The notes under the pieces: generated by a model | Told to the model about the DNA's origin: nothing | Database searches by the model: none | Seen by the model: the letters and a program-made list of their open reading frames with translations, nothing else | Shown: piece after piece, positions 9,161-16,738 of the stretch | Layout of the letters: the number at the start of each line of letters is the position of its first letter | Numbering within the stretch: the first letter of the stretch is position 1 | Made by a program: the position numbers and the translations under genes | NCBI GenBank assembly: GCA_022568135.1 | Contig: JADFFQ010000041.1 | Span: 1-24,000, forward strand | Origin: Planctomycetota bacterium | GTDB taxonomy: Bacteria > Planctomycetota > Phycisphaerae > Phycisphaerales > SM1A02 | Direction of reading: 5' to 3' | Length of the DNA: 24,000 nucleotides

Positions 9161-9186
9161 TAGCCGCGGGTGCATACCCGCGGGCC
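9161..9186 (+). repeat. REP-like GC-rich hairpin, family member
   Basis: TAGCCGCGGGTGCATACCCGCGGGCC has an 8-bp stem CCGCGGGT / ACCCGCGG and loop GCAT. Its architecture matches 18189-18217 (TTAGCCCCGGGTGAATACACCCGGGGCC). It is intergenic, between the AsmA-like and PilZ genes. Confidence 0.55.
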
Positions 9187-9262
9187 GAGATAGCCGGGCG
9201 CAAAGAACCCACTCCCCCGCGACCTTCCGGTCGCCGCTAGGGCCACCATCGGTCGGGCCGAT

Positions 9263-9598
9263 TCACGCAGCTTGTCGCGCAGCGGCCCAGTCGGCGGAGC
9301 TCTTGACGAACTGCACGCCCAAGACCTCCCGATCGTCGGTGATCCAAAGCGAACGAACGATCCGGGCATCGAGCATTTCATTGGCCAGCACAACGGCCTG
9401 GCGGCGTTTCAGCGCGATGCCGAGGAACAACCGGTCGCCTGGTTGAAGATCCCCAGGCCCCTTGACCTCCAGCAATGCGCCGGCGGCGGATAGGTTCCAC
9501 GTGGTCCCGGACAGGTACTTGCCCGTCTTCGCAACGAACAGCTTGCAGGCACGCGCCATCTCAACCCGCTTGTGGGCTCGACGATCCCGTACAACCAT
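9263..9598 (-). CDS. PilZ domain protein (putative c-di-GMP receptor)
   Basis: 111 aa. An RxxxR-type motif lies at the N-terminus (RDRRAHKR) and a D/NxSxxG motif follows (WNLSAAGAL). Confidence 0.75.
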   Translation of the reverse strand: MVVRDRRAHKRVEMARACKLFVAKTGKYLSGTTWNLSAAGALLEVKGPGDLQPGDRLFLGIALKRRQAVVLANEMLDARIVRSLWITDDREVLGVQFVKSSADWAAARQAA

Positions 9599-9772
9599 GT
9601 GTGGACCTCAATGTGGCCGGCGTCGCTGCACAGCGGCTCCAGCCGGGTTATCGGCGATGTGCGACGATGACTTTGGCCCGGTGCGAATATGCACGGCTCC
9701 GCCCCAGGGCCATGGCCGATCTGGGGCTCGCAACCGGCCGATCCGCCCGGCCCTATCCTTTATTATTCTTCC

Positions 9773-10678
9773 ATGCTCGAATCCATCAGCGTCCAAGCGC
9801 CGGCCAAGCTGAACCTCGCCCTGTCGGTCGGCCCGACGGATCGTGACGGGATGCATCCGATTTGCAGTTGGATGGTGACGATCGATCTCTGCGACGAACT
9901 GGTGGTGGACCGGTTGCCGCAAGACCGGCTCTCCCGGTACGCGATCCTCTGGCACGAAGACGCCAAGCGCCCAAGCGATATCGACTGGCCGATCACCGGC
10001 GACCTGGCGGTGCGGGCTCATCTGGCCATGGAGAACCATGTGGGTCGGCGACTCCCGTTGCAATTGAAACTGCAAAAGCGCATTCCCGTGGGCGGAGGAC
10101 TCGGCGGCGGCTCTTCCAACGCGGCCGCTATGCTCCGGGCCGTCAACGAATTGTTCGACCTTTGCGTGTCCCTCGATGACATGCGGCAGATCAGTTGGGG
10201 GCTTGGGTCTGATGTGCCCTTCTTTGTAGCAGGCGGAAGCGCCATCGTCGAAGGGCTCGGCGAGCAGATCGAATCGCAAGAGACGGTGCCGAACCTGAGC
10301 GCCGTGATCGTCTTTCCCGAAGCCTCATGCCCGACCGGACGCGTCTACGACATGTTCGACAAGGTCGGGCCGGGACCGTTGCGCCCAGACGCGGTGCGGG
10401 CGCTGGCCGGCTTGAATGGGCCGTTGCGCCCGGATGCGATCTTCAACGATCTAGCGCCAGCGGCCATACGCGTCGCCCCCACGCTCCAGGAGCATCTGGC
10501 CCAACTGACCGCTCTGGCCGAACGTCCAGCTCATGTGGCCGGAAGCGGCTCGAGTATCTTCGTCCTCTGCGACGACCAGCTCCACGCCGAGGCGCTGGCG
10601 GACGCGGTCGAGCGCAGACTTGCATTGCCCGCCGTCGCGGTGAGGTCGCTTGCGGCCAGAGCCACGTCGGTTCTTTGA
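9773..10678 (+). CDS. ispE: 4-diphosphocytidyl-2-C-methyl-D-erythritol kinase
   Basis: ORF 9689..10678 trimmed to ATG 9773 (MLESISVQAPAKLNLALSV). The GHMP kinase motif PVGGGLGGGSSNAAA is present, and the C-terminus has GSGSSIF. Confidence 0.9.
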   Translation: MLESISVQAPAKLNLALSVGPTDRDGMHPICSWMVTIDLCDELVVDRLPQDRLSRYAILWHEDAKRPSDIDWPITGDLAVRAHLAMENHVGRRLPLQLKLQKRIPVGGGLGGGSSNAAAMLRAVNELFDLCVSLDDMRQISWGLGSDVPFFVAGGSAIVEGLGEQIESQETVPNLSAVIVFPEASCPTGRVYDMFDKVGPGPLRPDAVRALAGLNGPLRPDAIFNDLAPAAIRVAPTLQEHLAQLTALAERPAHVAGSGSSIFVLCDDQLHAEALADAVERRLALPAVAVRSLAARATSVL

Positions 10679-10943
10679 TTGGCCGATCAGGACGCGCGGC
10701 GGCCGGCTCAGCGCGATTCAGGACCCCATAGACGCGTGAGATTTGCCATTCGCTGCGGGCGAAGTTCACCGGCTTGCCGACCTGCAGCCAGTGCAGAGCC
10801 GACGCATGGGCCGCCTTGATCATCACCTCCGACTCATCCTCCGTCCGGTCCGCTTTCTCCAGCAGCGTCCAGGTGAAGTTGAACATCGCTTTACCACATT
10901 GCAGATGCTGCTGAGCGGTCAAGTTCATCGTGGTCTGGGCCAT
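10443..10943 (-). CDS. small helical hypothetical protein, probably truncated; ORF tail is antisense to ispE
   Basis: ATG 10943 is preceded by GGAGGA at 9-nt spacing. The first ~82 aa (…FNFTWTLLEKADRTEDESEVMIKAAHASALHWLQVGKPVNFARSEWQISRVYGVLNRAEPA) are protein-like and match my recollection of a conserved ~140-aa family. From about 10700 the frame becomes R/P-rich junk and overlaps ispE by 236 bp before a stop. Confidence 0.45.
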   Translation of the reverse strand: MAQTTMNLTAQQHLQCGKAMFNFTWTLLEKADRTEDESEVMIKAAHASALHWLQVGKPVNFARSEWQISRVYGVLNRAEPAAARPDRPIKEPTWLWPQATSPRRRAMQVCARPRPPAPRRGAGRRRGRRYSSRFRPHELDVRPERSVGPDAPGAWGRRVWPLALDR

Positions 10944-10980
10944 AGGCAATGATCCTCCGAGCCCACGTTACGATGCCCAG

Positions 10981-12423
10981 ATGAACGAAGAGACAACCTA
11001 TCACATGACGCCGGATCAGTTCCGCCGCCACGGCCGGGCGCTGGTCGATTGGATTGCCCGTTACATGGAGCAGATTGAGCAATACCCGGTGCTTTCGCAG
11101 GTCAAGCCGGGTGAGATTCGCCGCCGCTTGCCGGCTTCGCCGCCACAACAGGGCGAACCGTTCGAGATGATGATGCGCGACCTGGACGAGATCATTCTCC
11201 CGGGGATCACCCACTGGCAGTCGCCAAGCTTCTTCGGGTTCTTTCCCGCCAACGCCTCCGGCCCGTCGATCCTGGGAGAGCTGCTCTCAGCCGGTTTGGG
11301 TGTGCAGGGAATGCTGTGGGCCACCAGCCCGGCGTGCACTGAGCTGGAGACCCATGTGCTCGACTGGCTGGTTGACATGCTGGAGCTGCCGCAGCATTTC
11401 AAATCCACCACAGCCGGCGGAGGGGTGATCCAGGACACCGCCTCCAGCGCGACCCTTTGTGCGCTGCTCACAGCGCGCGAGAGGGCGACGGACTTCACGA
11501 GCAACCACAAGGGAGTCGATCGCCCGTTGATCGCCTACACCTCGAACCAGGCTCACTCCTCCGTCGAGAAGGCGGTCAAGATCGCCGGCCTGGGGCGCGA
11601 GAATCTGCGTTTGATCGAGGTGGATGAGCAGTACGCGATGCGGCCGGACGCTCTGGAGGCGGCGATCAAGAATGACCTGGCCAGCGGCCGAACACCGTGC
11701 TTCGTCTGCGCGACGGTCGGCACGACGTCGTCGAATGCAATCGATCCCCTGCGCCCCATCGGCGAGATATGTCAGCGGCATGGGGTCTGGCTGCACGTCG
11801 ATGCGGCCATGAGCGGCACGGCTGCGATCTGCCCCGAGTTCCGCTTTATCCACGACGGGCTCCAGTTCGCCGACAGCTACTGCTTCAACCCGCATAAGTG
11901 GATGTTCACCAACTTCGACTGCGATTGCTTCTGGGTCGCCGACCGAGCTGCACTCATCAACACGCTCAGTGTTCAGCCTGAGTATTTGAAGAACCCGGCC
12001 GGCGGTTCCGGGGGCGGAGAGGTGTTCGATTATCGCGACTGGCACATTCCGCTCGGCCGGCGGTTCCGGGCGTTGAAACTCTGGTTCGTCATCCGCCACT
12101 ACGGCATCGTTGGCCTGCAACATCACATCCGTGAGCACGTGAAGCTCGCCCAGGAGTTCGCATCGTGGGTCCAAGCGGATGAGCGCTTCGAGCTGGCGGT
12201 CGAGCCACCCTTGAACCTGGTCTGCTTCCGCCACCGCGGCGGGGATGAGGTCAACCAACAGATCATGGATCGCCTCAACTGCTCGGGCAAGCTGTATCTC
12301 ACCCACACCCGGCTCGATGAGAAGCTGACCCTGCGCTTCTGCGTCGGCCAGACACACACCCAGCGCCGCCACGTCCAGGCGGCGTGGGCGTCGATCCACG
12401 AATCAGCTGACGCGATCGCTTGA
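10981..12423 (+). CDS. aromatic-L-amino-acid decarboxylase (group II PLP-dependent decarboxylase)
   Basis: ORF 10930..12423 trimmed to ATG 10981 (alternative ATG 11005). Motifs present: FRRHGRALVDWIARY, ITHWQSPSFFGFFPAN, HVDAA, and the PLP-lysine motif FNPHKWMFTNFDC. Confidence 0.85.
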   Translation: MNEETTYHMTPDQFRRHGRALVDWIARYMEQIEQYPVLSQVKPGEIRRRLPASPPQQGEPFEMMMRDLDEIILPGITHWQSPSFFGFFPANASGPSILGELLSAGLGVQGMLWATSPACTELETHVLDWLVDMLELPQHFKSTTAGGGVIQDTASSATLCALLTARERATDFTSNHKGVDRPLIAYTSNQAHSSVEKAVKIAGLGRENLRLIEVDEQYAMRPDALEAAIKNDLASGRTPCFVCATVGTTSSNAIDPLRPIGEICQRHGVWLHVDAAMSGTAAICPEFRFIHDGLQFADSYCFNPHKWMFTNFDCDCFWVADRAALINTLSVQPEYLKNPAGGSGGGEVFDYRDWHIPLGRRFRALKLWFVIRHYGIVGLQHHIREHVKLAQEFASWVQADERFELAVEPPLNLVCFRHRGGDEVNQQIMDRLNCSGKLYLTHTRLDEKLTLRFCVGQTHTQRRHVQAAWASIHESADAIA

Positions 12424-12439
12424 TGATTCACCACCGAGG

Positions 12440-12532
12440 CACAGAGGACACTGAGAAGATATCAGGTAGGATTCCTACGAACAGGATGCTCTTCTACGTC
12501 TTTGTATTCTCTGTGTTCTCAGTGTCTCTGTG
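12440..12532. repeat. imperfect inverted repeat with a CACAGAG(G)ACACTGAGAA core
   Basis: CACAGAGGACACTGAGAA (12440-12457) pairs with TTCTCAGTGTCTCTGTG (12516-12532), the reverse complement with a 1-nt indel. The spacer is about 58 bp. It lies in the intergenic region between the decarboxylase and the YdeP-like gene. Confidence 0.6.
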
Positions 12533-12563
12533 GTTCATTCTTAAGAACGGGTGAGGACGCACG

Positions 12564-14744
12564 ATGCGACGGGTCAAAGCAGGTGGTGGTTGGCCGGCGA
12601 TCTGGTATGCGCTGGGCAAGGCTCGGCAATCAGGCGGGCTGTGGCGCATGTACAAGGCGCTGCGGTCCAAGAACACTTGCAAAACCTGCGCGCTGGGCAT
12701 GGGCGGGCAGCTCGGCGGAATGGTCAACGAGGCCGGGCGATTCCCGGAGGTCTGCAAGAAGTCGATCCAGGCGATGGCCGCGGACATGCAGGGTCGCATC
12801 CAGCCGCACTTCTTCGATGACTTCAGCCTTGAACAGTTGCGGGGCCTCTCATCACGCGAACTCGAAGCGGCCGGTCGACTCACCGAGCCGCTGTACGCCG
12901 GGCCGCTCGACAATCACTACCGCTGCATCACCTGGGACGATGCGCTGGACCGCATCGCCGCGAAGCTCAAGAAGACGGCGCCGGCGGAAACGTTCTTCTA
13001 CTTCAGCGGCCGGTCGTCGAACGAAGCGGGGTTCTTGCTGCAACTGTTCGCCCGGCTCTACGGCACCAACAACATCAACAACTGCTCGTTCTTCTGCCAC
13101 CAGGCCTCAGGCGTCGGTTTGACGACCGTCACCGGCTCCGGCACCGCGACGGTTGCGCTCGATGACATCCAACGTTGCGACCTGCTGTTCCTGATCGGGG
13201 CGAACCCCGCATCGAACCATCCCCGGCTGATGCGGACGATCGTCGAGCATCGTCGCCGCGGCGGGAAGGTGATCGTCGTCAACCCGCTGCGCGAGATCGG
13301 GCTGGTGCGGTTCAAGGTGCCATCCGACGTTCGCAGCCTGCTGTTGGGCTCGAAGATCGCAGACGTGTACGTTCAGCCGCACATCGGCGGCGACATCGCG
13401 TTCCTTGCAGCGGTCGCAAAGGCCGTGATCGAGCGCGGCGCGGTGGATGAGCAGTTCGTGACCAACCACACCAACGGCTGGGACGCGTTTCGCAGACACA
13501 TCGAATCGCTGGGGTGGGAAGAGCTTGTCAAGCGCTGCGGCGTAGGGCGCGAGACGATCGACCACGTCGCGGAGATCTATGCCGCCTCGCACAACGCAAT
13601 CTTCTGCTGGGCGATGGGGATCACCCATCACGAGCACGGCGTGGGGAACGTGCAGATGATCGCGAACCTGGCGATGACGCGCGGGATGCTCGGCCGGGCC
13701 GGCTGCGGGCTGCTGCCGTTGCGCGGGCACTCCAACGTGCAGGGCATGGGCTCGATGGGTGTGGTGCCGAAGCTCAAGCAAGCGGTCTTCGAGCGGCTGG
13801 AAAGCGCCTTCGGCGTGAAGCTGCCGACCGAAGTCGGGCTCGACACCCTCGGTAGCATTGCACAGGCCGACGAGGGCAAGGTTCGCTTTGCGTCCTGCCT
13901 GGGCGGGAACCTGTACGGGTCGAATCCCGATTCGGCCTTCGCTGCCCGTGCCATGAGCAAGATCGACATGGTGGCGTACATGTCCACGACGCTGAATACC
14001 GGCCATGCGCACGGCCGTGGGCGCGAAACGATCATCCTGCCCGTGCTTGCGCGAGACGAGGAGCCCCAGGCCACCACCCAGGAATCGATGTTCAACTACG
14101 TGCGGCTCAGCGACGGCGGCACCCCGCGCCACGTTGGCCCGCGAAGCGAAGTGCAAGTCATCGCCGACCTCGCTCAGCGCGTGCTCGGTGATTCCACCCC
14201 CATCGACTGGGAATCCATGCGCCGTCACGGCCGGATCCGCGAGGCGATCGCCGAAATCATCCCCGGCTACGAAAAGATCGGCGCGATCGACCAAACCAGG
14301 CAGGAGTTCCAGATCGACGGCCGAACGTTGCACGAGTCGAAGTTTCCCACCGACACCGGCCGGGCGAAGTTCCACGTGGTCGATCTGCCGGCGCTTGCGG
14401 GCACGGACAATGGCGAGCTTCGCCTGATGACCGTGCGCTCCGAAGGTCAGTTCAACACGGTGGTGTACGAGGAGCACGACATCTATCGCGGTCAGGACAG
14501 GCGGGACGTGGTGATGATGCACCCCGATGACATCGAGCGTTTCGGCTTTGAGGTGAATCAGCGCGTGACCGTCCGCAGCGAGACCGGGGCATTGGCGAAT
14601 CTGCTCGTGCGCTCAATCGACATCCGCGCCGGCAACGCGGTGATGTATTATCCCGAGGCCAACGCGATCATCCCCAAGCGGGCCGATCCGCGATCGCGCA
14701 CGCCGGCGTTCAAAAACACGGTGGTGAGGATCGAGCCGGGATAG
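12564..14744 (+). CDS. FdhF/YdeP-family molybdopterin oxidoreductase
   Basis: 726 aa. The N-terminus GGGWPAIWYALGKARQSGG...RSKNTCKTCALGMGGQLGGMVNEAGRFPEVCKKSIQAMAADMQ is characteristic of the YdeP family (from memory). Its length and C-terminal molybdopterin-binding-like region fit. Confidence 0.85.
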   Translation: MRRVKAGGGWPAIWYALGKARQSGGLWRMYKALRSKNTCKTCALGMGGQLGGMVNEAGRFPEVCKKSIQAMAADMQGRIQPHFFDDFSLEQLRGLSSRELEAAGRLTEPLYAGPLDNHYRCITWDDALDRIAAKLKKTAPAETFFYFSGRSSNEAGFLLQLFARLYGTNNINNCSFFCHQASGVGLTTVTGSGTATVALDDIQRCDLLFLIGANPASNHPRLMRTIVEHRRRGGKVIVVNPLREIGLVRFKVPSDVRSLLLGSKIADVYVQPHIGGDIAFLAAVAKAVIERGAVDEQFVTNHTNGWDAFRRHIESLGWEELVKRCGVGRETIDHVAEIYAASHNAIFCWAMGITHHEHGVGNVQMIANLAMTRGMLGRAGCGLLPLRGHSNVQGMGSMGVVPKLKQAVFERLESAFGVKLPTEVGLDTLGSIAQADEGKVRFASCLGGNLYGSNPDSAFAARAMSKIDMVAYMSTTLNTGHAHGRGRETIILPVLARDEEPQATTQESMFNYVRLSDGGTPRHVGPRSEVQVIADLAQRVLGDSTPIDWESMRRHGRIREAIAEIIPGYEKIGAIDQTRQEFQIDGRTLHESKFPTDTGRAKFHVVDLPALAGTDNGELRLMTVRSEGQFNTVVYEEHDIYRGQDRRDVVMMHPDDIERFGFEVNQRVTVRSETGALANLLVRSIDIRAGNAVMYYPEANAIIPKRADPRSRTPAFKNTVVRIEPG

Positions 14745-14792
14745 CGGTCAGCCCTCAGCTTTCAGCTGTCGGAGTCAGTATGCGAGCCGCGG

Positions 14793-15398
14793 CTATTGGG
14801 TCAGGGTGCGCTGAACAAGCACTTCGTACTCTTGCAGCGTGTTGATGTTGGTCAAATACCTTGACCACGCCTGCGGAGCCTCGATCGCTTCGATCTCAAT
14901 CGACCCCATCAGATGAGACACGGCGCGCTGACCGGCATCGAGCAGCGCTCGTACCGCACGCAATACCTCCGCCGAGATTCGCGCAGGCAATGGTTCGGTT
15001 TCTGAACGACCATCAATCCGCAGGACCGTCGCCTGGGCGGACGAAGGCACAGTCAGCGCCTTGAGCAACTTGCTTGTCACCAGCGGCACGTCACAAGGAC
15101 AGACGAGGTATTGCGTATCCAGTCCGCTGGCCAGCAGTGCCTCAATGCCGCCAAGCGGTCCGTGGCGGGATCGCAGATCGTCGATATGCTGAAGTGTCGC
15201 CAGCGCGTCGTCTGGCCCGACGACAACCACCTGTTGGCACACCTGGGCCATGACATCGGCGACGGCTTCGATCATCGGGCGACCATCCGGCAGCGGCAGC
15301 GCGTGCTTCGGCCGGCCCATCCGCAGGCTTCGGCCGCCGGCCAGCACGGCGCCGGTGTGCGGCCACCGCCCGCTATCAACGCTGCTGGGGGACCCCAT
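14793..15398 (-). CDS. mobA: molybdenum cofactor guanylyltransferase
   Basis: ORF 14793..15686 trimmed to ATG 15398. The upstream 96 codons are an out-of-frame read of the MOSC gene. The motif VLAGGRSLRMGRPKHALPL (LAGGxSxRMG) is present. It is about 201 aa. Confidence 0.8.
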   Translation of the reverse strand: MGSPSSVDSGRWPHTGAVLAGGRSLRMGRPKHALPLPDGRPMIEAVADVMAQVCQQVVVVGPDDALATLQHIDDLRSRHGPLGGIEALLASGLDTQYLVCPCDVPLVTSKLLKALTVPSSAQATVLRIDGRSETEPLPARISAEVLRAVRALLDAGQRAVSHLMGSIEIEAIEAPQAWSRYLTNINTLQEYEVLVQRTLTQ

Positions 15399-15846
15399 GA
15401 TGCACTTCAATCGTCTCGCCGGAGCGGATCTCGCCGGTCGTGATGATCCTGGCGTAGCAGCCGCATCGACCTGTGATGGCGCCCTGCAACCGGGGACTGA
15501 TGGCGTCCAGCACGTAGCATGGCTTACGCACCTTGGTGATTTCCAGCTCCACACCGCCGTTGAAGCACAGCCGATCACTGATGTGGAGTGCATCAACATT
15601 GAGGCCGCGAATGGTGAGGTTTTCGCCGGTTGCGCCGGGATAGACATCGAACCCCTCCCGCCGCAGATCGTCGAGATCTTCGACATCGATCAAGCTGATC
15701 GCCTGCATCGGGGTGTTGTGCTTGGCGTGATCGTGCCCGTCACCGACGAGGCCGGCTGAGGTCACCTCGCCGATCTCGATTTGGTGCTTGGGGACACCCC
15801 CGGGTGAGATGTTGACCGCGACCACGATGGGAGATGATTCACTCAT
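15376..15846 (-). CDS. MOSC domain-containing protein (YiiM-like)
   Basis: ORF 15376..15900 trimmed to ATG 15846 (MSESSPIVVAVNIS). Motifs present: GLVGDGHDH, PGATGENLTIRGL, and the conserved Cys context KVRKPCYVLD. Its 3' end overlaps the mobA start by 23 nt. Confidence 0.75.
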   Translation of the reverse strand: MSESSPIVVAVNISPGGVPKHQIEIGEVTSAGLVGDGHDHAKHNTPMQAISLIDVEDLDDLRREGFDVYPGATGENLTIRGLNVDALHISDRLCFNGGVELEITKVRKPCYVLDAISPRLQGAITGRCGCYARIITTGEIRSGETIEVHHGVPQQR

Positions 15847-15920
15847 GCCGGAACATGATACCCTGTTTCGCCGGCTCACCTCGCCCCGCCGCGAGAACAT
15901 TGAACGATGACAACGACGCG

Positions 15921-16709
15921 ATGACCGACACTCTCCAAGGCAAGAACGCGCTGGTCTGCGGCAGCACGCAGGGCATCGGCCGGGCCTGCGCGATGGAGCT
16001 GGCCAGGCTCGGGGCCGAGGTCACCTTGATGGCCCGCAATGAAGCCGGGCTCAATAATGTCCGCCAAGAGTTGCCGACCGACCACGGCCAGTCGCACGGT
16101 TCGATCGTCGCCGACTTTTCCGATTGGGAAGTCGTACGCGGCAAGGCGAACCGTCACATTGAGGCGAACGGGCCGATCCACATCCTGCTGAACAACACCG
16201 GCGGGCCCCCGGCCGGACCTGTCTTCGAGGCTCCGTCCGACCAGCTCATCGCTGCCTTCACCCAACACCTCCTGTGCAACCATGTGCTCGTGCAGACCCT
16301 CGCGCCCGGCATGCGCGACGCCGGCTACGGGCGCATCGTCAACATCATCTCCACGTCGGTGATCCAGACGATCAAGGGGCTCGGCGTGTCCAACGTCATC
16401 CGCGGCGCGGTGGCGAATTGGGCCCGCACCCTCGCCGGTGAACTCGGCCCGTTCGGCATCACCGTCAATAATATCTTGCCCGGCTACACCCGCACCGCTC
16501 GACTCGACAGCCTCATCCAAGGCAGGGCGAATCGCGCCGGCTCGACAGTCCAGGAGATCGAAGGTCAAATGATCGCCAACGTGCCGCTGGGTCGCTTCGC
16601 CGAGCCGCAAGAGATCGCTGCGGTAGCCGGTTTTCTCGCCTCGCCCTCGGCAGCCTACATCAACGGCGTCAACCTGCCCGTCGATGGCGGACGCCTCGCA
16701 GGGCAGTAA
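15921..16709 (+). CDS. atypical SDR-family protein (BKR-like; canonical YxxxK absent)
   Basis: ORF 15834..16709 trimmed to ATG 15921. It has a Rossmann motif ALVCGSTQGIGRA and NNTGG. Anchoring on GITVN against E. coli FabG (NYAAAKAG...GITVN, from memory) places SNVIR where YAAAK is expected. Confidence 0.75.
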   Translation: MTDTLQGKNALVCGSTQGIGRACAMELARLGAEVTLMARNEAGLNNVRQELPTDHGQSHGSIVADFSDWEVVRGKANRHIEANGPIHILLNNTGGPPAGPVFEAPSDQLIAAFTQHLLCNHVLVQTLAPGMRDAGYGRIVNIISTSVIQTIKGLGVSNVIRGAVANWARTLAGELGPFGITVNNILPGYTRTARLDSLIQGRANRAGSTVQEIEGQMIANVPLGRFAEPQEIAAVAGFLASPSAAYINGVNLPVDGGRLAGQ

Positions 16710-16738
16710 CAGATCACCCCAGAACCTCGCGTCGAGAC

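Noticed and set aside
9055-9262. Protein-like snippets in different minus-strand frames (e.g. AHYYVDTLGRAIASRII, FFAPGYLGPRV) that might indicate a decayed gene between the AsmA-like and PilZ genes
   Set aside because: I could not assign them to any family. The fragments are short and could arise by chance in GC-rich DNA. The region is better explained as an intergenic spacer carrying a REP-like hairpin.
9675-9700. GCCCGGTGCGAATATGCACGGCTCC in the PilZ/ispE divergent spacer, which loosely resembles the REP-like hairpins
   Set aside because: Only about 4 bp of stem can form and the TAGCCCC core is absent. It is too degenerate to count as a family member.
14793-15686. Single 297-aa ORF spanning mobA and part of the MOSC gene
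   Set aside because: Its first 96 codons are an alternative-frame read of the MOSC coding region. The MobA motif LAGGRSLRMG begins right after the internal ATG 15398.
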